DNA of 62,628 nucleotides, the filler included, from Basidiobolus ranarum (taxonomy: Eukaryota): assembly GCA_040143965.1 (NCBI GenBank). It is 7 parts of 7 records of this genome, joined end to end, with 100 filler letters (N's around TTAATTAATTAA, not from the genome) between each part and the next. Parts side by side here need not be neighbours in the genome. Positions count along the whole stretch, not along the records: positions 8,985 to 17,862 come from JASJQH010000908.1; positions 17,963 to 26,833 come from JASJQH010000909.1; 5 more parts are not named here. One strand, given 5' to 3'. Of this stretch, positions 11,649-24,400 are shown in pieces (the first letter of the stretch is position 1; each line of letters starts with the position of its first letter). A model generated the notes under the pieces. It searched no databases. It saw nothing but the letters and a program-made list of their open reading frames with translations, and was not told the origin of the DNA. Both the position numbers and the translations under genes were made by a program.

Positions 11649-13351
11649 ATGAGTGCGGACAATAAACACCCGACTCAGAGTGAAAAATCTTTGGCTCAAG
11701 ACATGGATGTGATTAATTCAACAAGTGATATGAAGGACCCTGAGAATCCAACTACTGAGAAAGTCTTTGTTCTTGAGCTTTCCACTACAAAGAGAATCAT
11801 AGCTTTCATTGGGTAAAGTGGTACGTTACGTTCCTGAGAATCTTAATGCAGCGCACTAACCATTGCTTATGCTCACAATTTAGTCTGGTCCTATCAACAA
11901 TGCTGATTTCTTTGGATCCATCCATGATAATGTTCTCAATGATTTACATCGGTAAAGATCTTAACGATACCAACAACATCAATTGGTTGAGTATAGCTTT
12001 CCTCTTAACAAACACCACGTTCCAACCTATTTATGGCAAGCTGGCCAATATTTTTGGTAGAAAGAATATTATTTTGTTTGCAGTATTACTATACATCGTT
12101 AGTTTAATATTGTGTGGCGCGTCTCAAACCATGGGTATGTTGATTGCTTTTCGTGCTCTCGCTGGTCTAGCAGCTGGTGCTATTTCCTCTATAACACAAG
12201 TTTTATTGGCTGATATTATACCACTTCGTGATCGTGGTTATTACGAAGGCATCTTGACCACGGCTTTTGCTTTCTCTTCAATCATTGGTTCCTTGATTGG
12301 TAGTGCTTTGACTGAGAAAGTCTCCTGGCGTTGGATATTTTTCGTGAAAATTCCTATCGCAGTTATTATATTTGTAATTCTGTTCTTCTGTATTCACGAG
12401 CCCAAGCGTACACAGATTTCCGCTGGAAAGGTGCTAAGAAAAATTGATTATGGTGGTATCGTTTTGCTTGCTGCTAGTATCATATGCTTCCTTTTAGCTA
12501 CTCAGTGGGGAGGAACTAAATATGACTGGGATTCACCGTTGATCATTGGCCTGCTTTGTGGATTCATAGTGATATTCTTAATATTTGTGGCATACGAAAA
12601 GTACATTCCTGCTGAGGCCATCATTCCAGGAAAGATGTGGCAGAAGCCCAATATTATTTGCATATTTATCTCTATCTTTTTCGTTAGCATGTCCTTGTTT
12701 GGAGTTGGATTTTATTCTACAATGCTTCTACAAATCGTCTATGGATTAACCTCTCTACAGTCAAGCTATTATTCGCTCGGGAACACGGGTGCCATGTCAA
12801 TAGTCGCTATTATCTCTGGTATCATCATAGCCAAGACTGGAAAAATTCGTCCGTGGATATGGGGAGGATTATTCCTATGTGCCATTGGTAATGGCCTCTA
12901 CAACACATTTAACGAAACTACTTCTGCAGCTCAAATCATTGGAATCTTTGCTATCGCTGGTGCCGGCATGGGAATGAGTACCCGTACCTTGATGATGTGT
13001 GCCCAAGCATCGGTGAGTAGTGAAGACGTTGCTATTGTAACGAGCATGTTTGAATTTATCCAACCCATTGGTGCTGCTGTAGGAATTGCTCTGTGCGGAG
13101 GGATATTTAACAATCGATTAATACCTATCATAAAGCCTATTCTACCTCCCGGAGCTGGTGATGGTAATCCAATGATATATGCTGGATTTGCTCAAAACCT
13201 TCCACCACCAGTCAAGGCAAAAATTATAGGTGATTTGGTCAATGTATTCAGACCAATCTTCATTATCGGGCCTGTCTTCTTTATCGTTGCTCTGTTAGCA
13301 GCCTTTTTTATCAAACCAATTGTACTACCGGAGAGAAAGCCACGCAAATAA
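11649..13351 (+). CDS. MFS transporter, 14-TMS DHA2-type drug/metabolite:H+ antiporter; exons 11649-11812, 11884-13351
   Basis: QPIYGKLANIFGRK (motif A), FRALAGL, DIIPLRDRG, WRWIFF, IDYGG and QWGG.KYDWDS motifs; about 14 hydrophobic helices; one GT-AG intron with a CACTAAC branch site. Confidence 0.93.
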
Positions 13352-13606
13352 GCCTTCTGAACTCATCACTTACTTCCCTCAGAAAAATGGCTATTTTGAT
13401 AAAAATAAGACATAGTCGTTCCTAAATAATTATTCTAATAATACTTCAAGATCTCCCTAATAGAAGTGATTTTGAATAGAATCAAAGCATGTAAAAGTAG
13501 GACTTCTCTGGGCTTCAGTGTCTTCCGATAATCTCACCGGTACTCTTACTCGTACCCGTACTCCTGTAATACTAAATAGAGTACGACTAAGACCCAAAGT
13601 ATTGTC

Positions 13607-13760
13607 ACTAATATCTGATCATAACTAATATCTAATCATAGCACTCTCATTTAGAGTATTTGTCATGCGTAGTTACTCAGAAAGTAAAATCCGGTTTCGC
13701 AGGAGTGTGACAAAATACCTATATTTCAAGAGAGTGTGACTGAATACTATATTTCAAGAT
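13607..13760. repeat. Two short tandem duplications: ~17 bp ACTAATATCT(G/A)ATCATA x2 and ~29 bp GAGTGTGAC...CTATATTTCAAGA x2
   Basis: Read directly, downstream of the MFS gene. Confidence 0.75.
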
Positions 13761-15852
13761 TTTCTTATTCGTTCAAAATGCTAAATGACACTTAAGCATA
13801 TTCCACTTGATTGATTGGAGAAATCCTTGAATTATAGATATTTTTATATTATAAATAGATCAGATAAGAACAGAGAAGCAGTTTCAGGAATTGTGTTACC
13901 AATGTACGCTCACAACAAATACATCCCAATGTCTATATCTAGGCCATTGAGAGTAGTAAAATGGCATCAAGATCTGGCCCTGCGCTACAGCCTATGGTGA
14001 GGAAACAAACACATATATCTCTATAAACTGTTTCTCTATTTACCCTATGAAGAATTCATGTTATCTATTAGAAACTCTTAACGATAGTATGACATGTGGT
14101 ACCTACTTTAAGCAAGTATTGTTATGATGTAGGGCGCTGTTACAGATATACCGAGTTGGAAAGCCCATATCAGTAGAAGTCAAAATATGGAAATATCAAC
14201 GTGCTCGATATAACCTTTAGATGCTATGGGATGGGGAAGTGGTTCTTGTTAGTACCTGATGACTGTGTATCGGACTTTGCATAACTGGGGTTAAAATTCA
14301 CTACATACCGTTAAGTGAAACATTAGGTGACTTCTCCATTTTCATCTAGTCAGTATGGATACGCTGGCGACATCTAGTCACTACTCGAGGTCGTGACTAA
14401 GAAAAACCAACCCACATATTGTTTGATAAAGCAAATTACAGAAGACCTTTCTTTGAAAGTGGGTAGACTGCTACCATTAAATATGTTTAATGTTATATAG
14501 ACATTCAACTGTGCTATAGGCGCCAAAACCTTATCAGAGTCACAACTAGACAGGCTGTATATAATCTATTTTAAGCATTTGTTTGTTACAGTCCAAGTGC
14601 AGCTTCATCTGAAGGGTACTTTTATTTGTTATTGAAATTGAAATTAGTGCAATACTTTTTAGAGTCGTACTATTGCGTTATCCAGTTTGATTGGGATCTT
14701 GCGGCAGTAGATAGTTACATTTCCGCCGAAGATAATATCATTTCTAATGCTTCCCCAAACTTTGTTGTGAATATTGTATATCGGATCATGTGAAAAACTA
14801 GCCAAATGTGTGTGGCATTTAACTTTTTTCTTGATCTTAAAGTTGCCTTGGAGAAGTTACACATCTAGTATTTGGTAGATAAAGTATTGGCTAAGTAGAA
14901 ACCTTCTAACCTCAGAACAAATCTATTTGAAACAACGCCTGATAGCACATGTTCCACTCAGTGCAGTTTTATCCACGAGCTGTCTTTTTTTCAAGTATAA
15001 GAAATATCGATTGCATTAGTTATAGGCTTATGTCGTAGAGTGAAGGAAAACTCCTGTGAGTGTGGTACTTTTTCAGCTTTACTTTCAAATTCAGCAACAA
15101 TCCAAATATTAAAACCTAGCATAGTTAAATACCTTGTGGGAAAGGGCCAAAGTTATTTTCAAAAGTTCAGGTCTTGCTAGCAGGTATTCCGATTATTTCC
15201 TACTAGTATGGTGCTATGTTATTCTATCCTTCAATTCTTAATTGGTGGTAGTTTGTAACAACATTAAACAAACTATATCTTATCATGCGACTTATATATT
15301 ACGGTTAATACAATATCCTTCAGAAGAACTATTTCCCAACTAATACTGACAGTATACCTGATACCCATTCTCAAAATACTTACTAATAAAATTAGGCATT
15401 GAACAAACCAAGTTAGTATTAAGCATGGAAGGTGTTAGAATAGAGGTAAGAAGCTTGGACAAACAATATGGATAATAGGACCAAACCAACACAATAAAGA
15501 AAAGATGTCCTACATATTGCTTCTCAATTTGTTCAGGAATTCCTTCTCAATGAATCTGACATTTTCCAACTCAATACAAGCAAGTCCTTTAAGCAAGCCC
15601 ACTATCGTCAGTTTTGCTTTTTTGAAGACAACATTGGCAAAACATACTTGCAATGGTTGGTCACTGAGATAAGTGCTAGTTTTAGGCATATGATAAAAAG
15701 TATATCGTATGCTTAAAAGTAAACAAATCTCTGATATACCAATATGCATATATGTGCCTATGTTTTGTATAAATATTGATGAATGTTTACACTTGATACA
15801 GGAGAATCAAGATATTGAATATGGTCAAAGTTGGAGATTTGCAACCCAATTG

Positions 15853-16022
15853 CAAGTGGTTGGGAGAACTGGAGAAGTAGGTGTTTTTTTTGTATTGATT
15901 TTTTGAGTAAATAGTTGTCATTTTTGCTTTGTCAAGATGTAGACAAACTGATGGGAAAAGTTTGATAAGGAAAGGCCCAGTAACATGTGTACCAAGTTTG
16001 GGGGCTTCTAGCACAAGTTTGA
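15853..16022 (-). repeat. Interspersed repeat family A, inverted copy
   Basis: Reverse complement aligns by eye to about 16645-16835 and 51331-51525 (GTT.TCAGATATA...ACTTGTGCTA...CAAACTT.G.ACACATGTT...TTGACAAAGC...TTTACTCAA.AAATCAATA). Confidence 0.8.
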
Positions 16023-16386
16023 AAGTTTATATATCTGACAACATTTAAGTGGTTAAAGTATTCCAGGTAAATTCAAATTGAGAATAATGGATGATATCTT
16101 GGTCAACAATAGGATTGATAAATACTAAGCTATAGATAACTATATTGGTGATCAGGATATGCTTATTTCTGCATCTTAACCATATGAATGCAGTATTGTG
16201 CTGCTGGTCTGCATTAATATGGATTTGATGATAGTTAATGTTCAAGTCTAATTTAAACAATACTTGAGCTGCAGGAGTGAGGAGGCTATTTTATTTACCC
16301 TATGAATTGAATCAATCATTCTTAATAGCTTGTCTTGCAGTTTTAAATACAAACAGGGTTCATTGGATGCAAGGTTGTTGAAATAA

Positions 16387-16862
16387 GCATTGCCTAAACA
16401 CCTATATAGTCATATATGGCTTAGTATTTAGTTATCTTATTTTTCACTCAGATTTTACCCATTATTCACAATTGGAATCAACTTGGATTATTTTTACCAA
16501 CTTAGAAGTTCTTGTTAAAATTAACATTTCCTATACATCTATATAGGCATATATAGCTTAGTACTTAGTTATCTTATACTTCACAGAGATATTACCAATT
16601 ATTCTCAGTTGCCATTTACTAACAATATTTTTACCAACTGGAAAGTTCTCAGATATATAGATTTTTCCAACTTGTGCTAAAAGCTCCAAACTTTGCACAC
16701 ATGTTCCTAGGACCATTCATAACACATTCTACATGGTAGTTTGCTTACCTTTTGACAAAGCTATAAGTGTCAACTTTTTACTCAATAAATCAATAGTGAA
16801 AACCACCAATTTCTCTAATATTTCATATTGCTTCCAACAAGCTCCAAAATAGTTTAGCAGGG
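16387..16862 (+). repeat. Interspersed repeat family A, forward copy with an internal ~137-bp tandem duplication (units at 16402 and 16539)
   Basis: Homologous to 51211-51549 on another contig; CpG-depleted; no coding capacity. Confidence 0.82.
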
Positions 16863-17862
16863 TCAGGGGGAGACAGTCAACAACAGGTTAAATCCTTATC
16901 TCAAACAAAACTTAGTGTTAAGGGGATGAAAAGCACCAGGTGGTATGGACTTTATTTAGCTTTTAAACTAATCTATACAAAGTGACAATCAAGATATCAA
17001 TCTTTTAAGATTTTGTGACAAAATTTGATCATATCTTTACTTAACTTGATGACCAAAATAATCCAGTTCTGAGGATGCAGATAGAGTGTTAAGGGGTAAA
17101 GGTGGTCTGCAGAGAGGAAGAAATTCTGTACAAACCAAATGGACAATAGGAAAAAAACCTGGAATAATAGGGATCAAAAAAGGTGTCTTGGAGGCACGGT
17201 ATTGCTTCCAAAGATCCAGTTGGAAGTCTATAGCAACAATTTTGGGCTGTTTTGTTTGATGCAGTTGTAAAGCTAGTTTCAAAGCAAGAGTGCCATCTGG
17301 TATCAGTTCCAAGCATGATGGTGGATTGGAAGATGGTGCGGCTAGCCACTTCTTGACCAATTCATTTCTGCAGTCATTTAGTTGAAGTAGAAATATAGCC
17401 CTTGGTAGCACTACTCTGATACCCTGACAAAAATAAAATTGATTTGATCTGGATTGGATCCACCCTCCAAAATAGCAAAACCATCAGAGAACCATCACAA
17501 TATTGCTAGCTTGCATTCTGCCAGGGATTTTGATGGTATGATGGCGGTTTCTTGACAGTATCTTAATGGTATTCAGGCATGTTAAAATATTGATCCTCAA
17601 ATTTGGCATGCATTATTCAATAATCAGCAATTTTTGAAAAAATATAATTTTCAAATGGCAAATTACTGGGTTTACAGCTGTAGGAATTTGAATTAATATG
17701 CATGCCTTTATTTAGATATTTAGGCTTTGTATTCCAGCCATAATGAGAATAAAAAAATACAAGAATCTTGTTGTGTTTAGTCTCTACATATGCAAATATT
17801 TGACTGATTAGACATAACTCAACAACATCAATATGCTTTACCAGCAAACTAACGGTGGAAAA

Positions 17863-17962
17863 NNNNNNNNNNNNNNNNNNNNNNNNNNNNNNNNNNNNNN
17901 NNNNNNTTAATTAATTAANNNNNNNNNNNNNNNNNNNNNNNNNNNNNNNNNNNNNNNNNNNN
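17863..17962. other. Artificial contig linker
   Basis: N44-TTAATTAATTAA-N44. Confidence 0.99.
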
Positions 17963-20453
17963 GATAGTATAGAGAATTAATGATATCATTTTGGTGGACC
18001 CGTCAATTATGGAGCCATGAGTACCAAAGGTGCTTAGGGTTGGGAATGTTTACGTATGAGAATGAGGACTGTGCCTGTGCTAGTTACTCTAAACATATTA
18101 ATTATCTGGGAGGTAGCTATTTTGATAACTTTGGTTCTGATGGTAAATATTTTGCCATCAAGTATAAATCGGAATTCCGGGCTTGTTCGGCTAAGACTAA
18201 TAAATACTAGTAAGTAAAAACCGAGCCTTGATGGTTAGTTTTTTTGAGAATCTATGATATGCCATAGTATCTTGTAATTTTGTTTTCGCAATTTGTCTCA
18301 TTTTATCTTTCCTTTTATTGACAATATATCTTGGTATGAATATAATATTCTTCAAAGTATGAGTTAATGAAAGATGCTATGGATCTCAAAGTATATGTAC
18401 GTAATATATCTTCTCGACATTGGCTTGAAAAGAAAATCTAGCATATTAATCAAAATCCCGGCGCTCCGGTTCAATCTTTTGCTTAGTATTGCTTCTTTAT
18501 TAATGTAAGTACTTAGAATATCCCGATTCTTAGCCATTCATTCTCAGCCATGACCGACAGAGCAGCATATATTGGACAATTTTAAGTGATATTCGATAGC
18601 TACTTTGTTATGTCAACAATTGGATAAGTAGACACCATAACTGCTCGTCTCATATTAAATGATGCTGAATAAATTGTCTTCCCAGTAATGAACATAGCAT
18701 CAGGTTTTGGACTAGATTGGGTGTTCATCATAACAATCACTTCAATACATGCATGTCGGTTCTATCATATCGGTTCTTCCCCTCAATTTCTGGCCTCAGC
18801 TCAGGATTACCCTAGATGATTTGTACATGGTACAGTTATGGATTAAGAACCAGAAGGGAGTGCTGCTAACGTTAGGGCTAGAGAGCAAACACCGAGGTTT
18901 GTAAAACATATGCTCATGAAGCTGGATTGGGCCTCAAACGAGGGATCAAAAGCCTCAAATAGTGCAGTAGTCTTGAATTTCGATCTTTTAAGCAAATATG
19001 GAATAAATGAGTGAAGTGATCAGTTCCGGAATCTTGTCATCAATCCCACCGGCTTCCTTTTCTGGAGGCTTTCCATCCGCTCAATCCATCGCCTCATTCG
19101 GGCCATTACTATGCTCACGCAAAGCAGCCCATCCTTGTTACTACCGCACATACGGTACGCACCGTTATTTCTTCAGATATGATTGATTCCAAGCCGATGG
19201 TCACACGGGTGTAGAAAAATGGATGAAAACGTCATCGACTGAAACTAGTGATCCAAAGTTGGATAGTGCCGTAATTTCCCGTAGATCGTAGGTCAGTCAT
19301 TGAAATTGTATTGGTTCAGAGTGAAACATAAATATCAATCCATAAACTTCATTGCGACAATCCCACAGTCTCCTTACCCATCACTCATCCCATCCCATCA
19401 GTATTAGTAGAACCCGGAATGATTGAGTTGTGCTTTATGCAACGTGTCATACAATAGTAAGGCATCATGAATGTCGTATCTCTGTGTAATCCGTATCTTT
19501 CCTTGCAAATTCTTCGGACTGCTGCCATGGCTTTTTGGCTCATCAACTCCACCTTTCTAGAAGAAACAGTGAGCGGGCACCTAATCCTAAGCCGACTCGT
19601 CAGGCCAGCTTGACTTTTGCCTTCCTAGTGTTCAGTAAGATGGCTCCATCTATTCAAGTCATGACTTAGAAATGGTTGCTGCTCTAACCTCTATGTACGA
19701 GACGCGTGGCTAATAGTGTACAATAAATCGATCTAGCAGTGTTACTATATTCAGCTGGCAAATGTCAGAGCATTCTTGTTTCAGCTCAAATAGTGCCATT
19801 GCTTGAAGCTACATCTAATGATCATCTATACTGAGATACTAAGCCACTCCGACAAAACTCGATGTTTCGGATCTCTACAACTCAATGATTTTAATTTCCA
19901 TTGGGGCCGAACCCCATGGTATAGAGAAGAATACTCGGGGCGTGAGAAATTGTTAGTAAACAGAACGAACAAGTAAGTGGCTTAACTCATGCTTGTTGAC
20001 AAGAGCAAATCTCATTCGACTCATATGGAACGAGCAATTGGAGTCAAATCCAAATCGAACCTTTTTCTAGTACCTTGAAGATAGAACGTATATTTCGGGT
20101 AGTCATTGGAGTTGCAATGCCACTTGGCCAAGTAGAGCCATACCCGTTGCATTTCAAACTAGAGGACAATTGAGATTATTATCCAGAACATGGGCTGCTT
20201 TTAGAAATGGCAAAGCAGAGTTAGCCGCTCTAATTGGTGGGCACATATTTAGGTACTACCCGGCATGTATTTGAGAGTTCAGACATCCATTGAAATCAAT
20301 ACCTTACACCTCCGAATTATCATCTACGATCATCAATTAGGAAATAGGTACGACCGTTAAGTTCGGTTAGCAATATACCAGCTGTATATAAGCCTACAGC
20401 TTCCTTAACACTTACTTACAACTTGGTTTCTACATCAAATACAAACACTCAAT

Positions 20454-21446
20454 ATGGTTAAAGTCGCTGTTCTCGGTGCTGCTGGTGGTATTGGTCAACC
20501 ACTCTCTCTTCTTCTAAAGCAGAACACTTTGATTTCACACCTTGCTCTTTATGATCTGGTAAACGTACCAGGAGTGGCTGCGGACCTTTCCCACATCAAT
20601 ACTCCCTCCAAAGTGACTGGCCACCTCGGCTCTGATAACCTCAAGGATGCTCTTACTGATTCTCATATTGTTGTTGTCCCTGCTGGAGTTCCCAGAAAGC
20701 CTGGTATGACTCGTGATGATTTGTTCAAGATCAATGCCGGTATTGTTCGTGACCTTGCCACCGCTGCTGCCAAGCACTGCCCTAAGGCTTTCATGTTGAT
20801 CATCTCCAACCCCGTAAACTCTACCGTTCCCATTGTGGCCGAGGTATTCAAGAAGGCTGGTGTATATGACCCCAAGCGCCTATTCGGTGTTTCTACCCTT
20901 GATGTTGTACGTGCTTCACGCTTCGTGTCAGAAGTGAACGCTGAGTTGAACCCTGTCAGCACTCGTGTCACTGTAATTGGTGGACACTCTGGCACCACTA
21001 TCATCCCTCTTCTTTCTCAACTCAACCCCACCCAGAAGTTTACCCAAGAGCAAATCGAAGCTTTGACTAAACGTATCCAGTTTGGTGGTGATGAGGTTGT
21101 CCAAGCTAAGGATGGTGCGGGCTCAGCCACTTTGAGTATGGCATACGCTGGTGCTCGCTTTGCAATCAACATTCTCGAAGCTACTGTCAGTGGTAAGACT
21201 GGTATTGTTGAGCCCACCTATATTGATCTTTCAGCAGATCAAGAAGGTGGTAAACAAGTCAAGCAGGATACTAGCTGTGAGTTCTTTGCTACCAATGTAG
21301 AGCTTAATTCACAAGGTGTTCACCGTATACTTCCCATTGGGGCCCTTTCGGATTACGAAAAGAAATTATTTACCGAGGCGGCTTCAGAATTGAAAGCTAA
21401 CATCAAAAAAGGAGTTGAGTTTATCGTAGCAGATTCGAAGATGTAA
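20454..21446 (+). CDS. MDH: NAD-dependent malate dehydrogenase, probably peroxisomal/glyoxysomal (C-terminal SKM)
   Basis: [47 protein letters not shown] and [13 protein letters not shown] motifs. No mitochondrial presequence; intronless. Confidence 0.97.
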   Translation: MVKVAVLGAAGGIGQPLSLLLKQNTLISHLALYDLVNVPGVAADLSHINTPSKVTGHLGSDNLKDALTDSHIVVVPAGVPRKPGMTRDDLFKINAGIVRDLATAAAKHCPKAFMLIISNPVNSTVPIVAEVFKKAGVYDPKRLFGVSTLDVVRASRFVSEVNAELNPVSTRVTVIGGHSGTTIIPLLSQLNPTQKFTQEQIEALTKRIQFGGDEVVQAKDGAGSATLSMAYAGARFAINILEATVSGKTGIVEPTYIDLSADQEGGKQVKQDTSCEFFATNVELNSQGVHRILPIGALSDYEKKLFTEAASELKANIKKGVEFIVADSKM

Positions 21447-24400
21447 ATCTATTTGATAACTCTGATATTTCCATCCAATAGCTCTTAGCATACCCAAATC
21501 ATGATCCCCTTGAATTCAAATATATATATATATAGCAAACCTACGTAGTTGATGCATATCCCAGTATTGAATACTCAGCATAGTGAGATATTTCTGATTA
21601 AAAGTGGAATTATTAACTATCGTGGGCATTTGATTTGAGGAACTCAATTATTGATAGAGAATTACTTTGTAATGACAGTGAATCGTACTTCGGCCCATGT
21701 TGATAACGGGTATATTGTGTGATATGGCTACACTCCAGATGCCGAGAAGAATATTTGTATTAAGCTGGATCTTGTGATTATACGTAAGTAACAATACGGT
21801 CCACCTACATTCATTAAGATGCTACCCACTTTTCGCCAAATGCAGCTAAATGAATCTCATATTCAGGCTGAGAGTACGCAAACATTGATTCAGACCGTAA
21901 GTGAGCAGATAGCAGATATTCTTCGAATTATGATACATCCATTTGAATTATCAGTAAGTACATAGTAAATCGGATATTAGATGCTTTGTATCTTAGTGAA
22001 TATTGTAATTGAGCATCATAAAGAATCATTTTAATGAATTATTGATTTTTCTACTTGATCGACCCTGCTTCTAGTCATTATTACTTGGCTACAGGTAACG
22101 AATAATCAAACTATCCACTCTTGTTATTATTACTGATTGTGATATCCAAACCCAAATGAGATATTGTTAATTGTAGTTGTTGCTTTGCTAAATGGTTCTA
22201 AGGATGACTACATTTTAATACAGATGGAATGAAGCATAACGAACATGGCTTCAAAGTTGATAATATTACTAGTATTCCATCCAAGTTTCTTATCAAGTGC
22301 CAAATCATGCTCACCTTTTAGAGTATGCATCAACCAACCTGTGGTGATTTTGGTAATGATTTAGTATAACCAATCTAAGTTTGATTCTGCTTCATTACTT
22401 GGATGGCTTACCTTATGAGCATTGTTTCCAACTCGGGAGGTAGTGCTTTAATCTGTGACAATACATCAATACCACCCGATTTCATGAAAGCATGCATTCT
22501 AAATATTACTTGGCTTCAGATTATCCATTAGTATGGGTATCTATTTTCGTGCAGATAGTGAAATAATGCAGCCATAACATATAGGCATTACTAATCATGA
22601 TAGAACAAGGAAAAAATAATAGAAAGCCTGGGAAAGTCAAAACGGTAAACAACATTTGCTCCAGGTTTTGCAATCAAAAATCCCCAAGTGTAAAACTGAC
22701 TGATGCAATAAAATTTTACAATCCTTAATCGAGGGGTATCATGAAGCCCAAACATTATGGTACTTTCAGAAATAGTCGTACGCATGCAAATAGTGCTACA
22801 TAAGGAAATGTAGCGTGAGCAAATTGTTGGCTGCTGAAATATAATAATTTGTACATGTCTATGCAAAAAGGTGAATCAGTTATATGCACTGGTGAAAGCT
22901 ATACATTCACCCAAGTAATTACAATTGAGTTTTGAGGCCGAATACCTTCGAGAATATCCACAGTTGAAGGATACTTTTCTCTGTAAGAACCATGTTGAGA
23001 AGTGTCGACATAGGATCATATATACCATCACAATCAATGATCGGAAGTGTTGGGAATGATGAGATGGTAATTTTGTAGGAGCTGCAATCGGATGGAATAC
23101 CTCAGGACGCAGCCTGGGGAAGCTGTCAAATAATATTCCTCGGTTTTCAACTTTAGAGATCAATAAGATAGTTGTAGGATGTATGTATGGATATCACTAT
23201 ATGAACTAGAATATTCGTGGGCAATTTAAGGTAAAATTAAAAGCATATAAGCTATCTCATCAGGCATAAGTATGGCCACCTCTGGTATAATGACCAAATC
23301 CTGGAGGATACTATCTATAGCAATGAATAGCCCAACATGTATTAGTCAATACGTAAAGTAATGCGCAGAAGACCAGAGTATTAGGCTCCCATGCCCTACT
23401 CCCAAATTAATATTAATGACAGGACTCTCATTTAGTAGGACATTGAACTGAGGCTGATGAAGTAAAAGCTTCAGACGGCAAATGTAGATATAGATATATA
23501 TTCCGCAGTATAGCGGCAGACAATAAAAAGGATTTCACTTTGAGGACCAGTCATTTTAAATTGGCTTGTAGCTGCAAGTATGTTGCAATAGTGAATCAAA
23601 AATTGCCCAACTTGCCAAGCCACAATTCACAATTTTAATGGTAACACACACGTCGCCAAATATATAAGCATTCATGGTAGTTGTAGAGCATATTCTGGGT
23701 TATTAGACAAACATTTCCATTGATAGTTATCATATTAAGAAAGTATAGTCTGGGCAAATACATTAAAAAGTTGGTTAAGTTGGCGCAACCTTGGTACTTT
23801 TTAATACTTTCATGTGGTGTGAATAGGCGAAGAAAAGTGCGTTTATTTACTTCATTGACTGGGATAAGAATGTGAGCAGAGCACCTGTAATTGCATATGA
23901 ATCTTGGTGTGTGTTGGTATGACGAGAACTCCTCGTCACTTGACTATGACAACACAGCCTCTCCTTTACATATTATAACATTAAATCTCATTTCTCCATA
24001 TTGGCCTAAACACTTCCAATATCGCTCAGACACATACCCCTACCCTAATTAATTCATTAATGTCGGTGCTTTTGTACACTTAGTAATCTCATATATTCAT
24101 AAGATTTGTATGACATAGCCATTTGAAAACTCAAACCCATTCCAATCCCGAACGTACTTGGATGTAGAAGATGAGAAGCACGGTTGTACTAGCAAGTAAT
24201 GAAGGAATTGATACTAGTATATTCCTGCATTGGTTTCGAAAATAGAACCGACCGCCGGAGATGTACAGTTTCTTGGTTTAGATGAACATACCATCCCTTT
24301 AACTCTATCGTTAGGACTCAATTGTTACACAACCAGTAGGATAGAAAGGTTTAAGAATGTGTGCATCCATGGGTATCTGTGGATGAAACTTCACCTACAT

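Noticed and set aside
16911-17100. Repeated AGTGTTAAGGGG as piggyBac-like termini
   Set aside because: Both copies are in the same orientation, with no intact TTAA TSD, matching opposite end or transposase.
17980-18210. 76-aa Cys/Tyr-rich ORF at the start of contig 3
   Set aside because: Could be the last exon of a truncated gene, but I cannot assign a family and an in-frame TAG lies just upstream.
19330-19470. Minus-strand LLLYDTL...GDCGIVAMKFMD resembling an Ulp1/C48 protease relic
   Set aside because: Several stops, motif spacing too short and no catalytic His motif; may be chance. A tBLASTn/HMM search would settle it.
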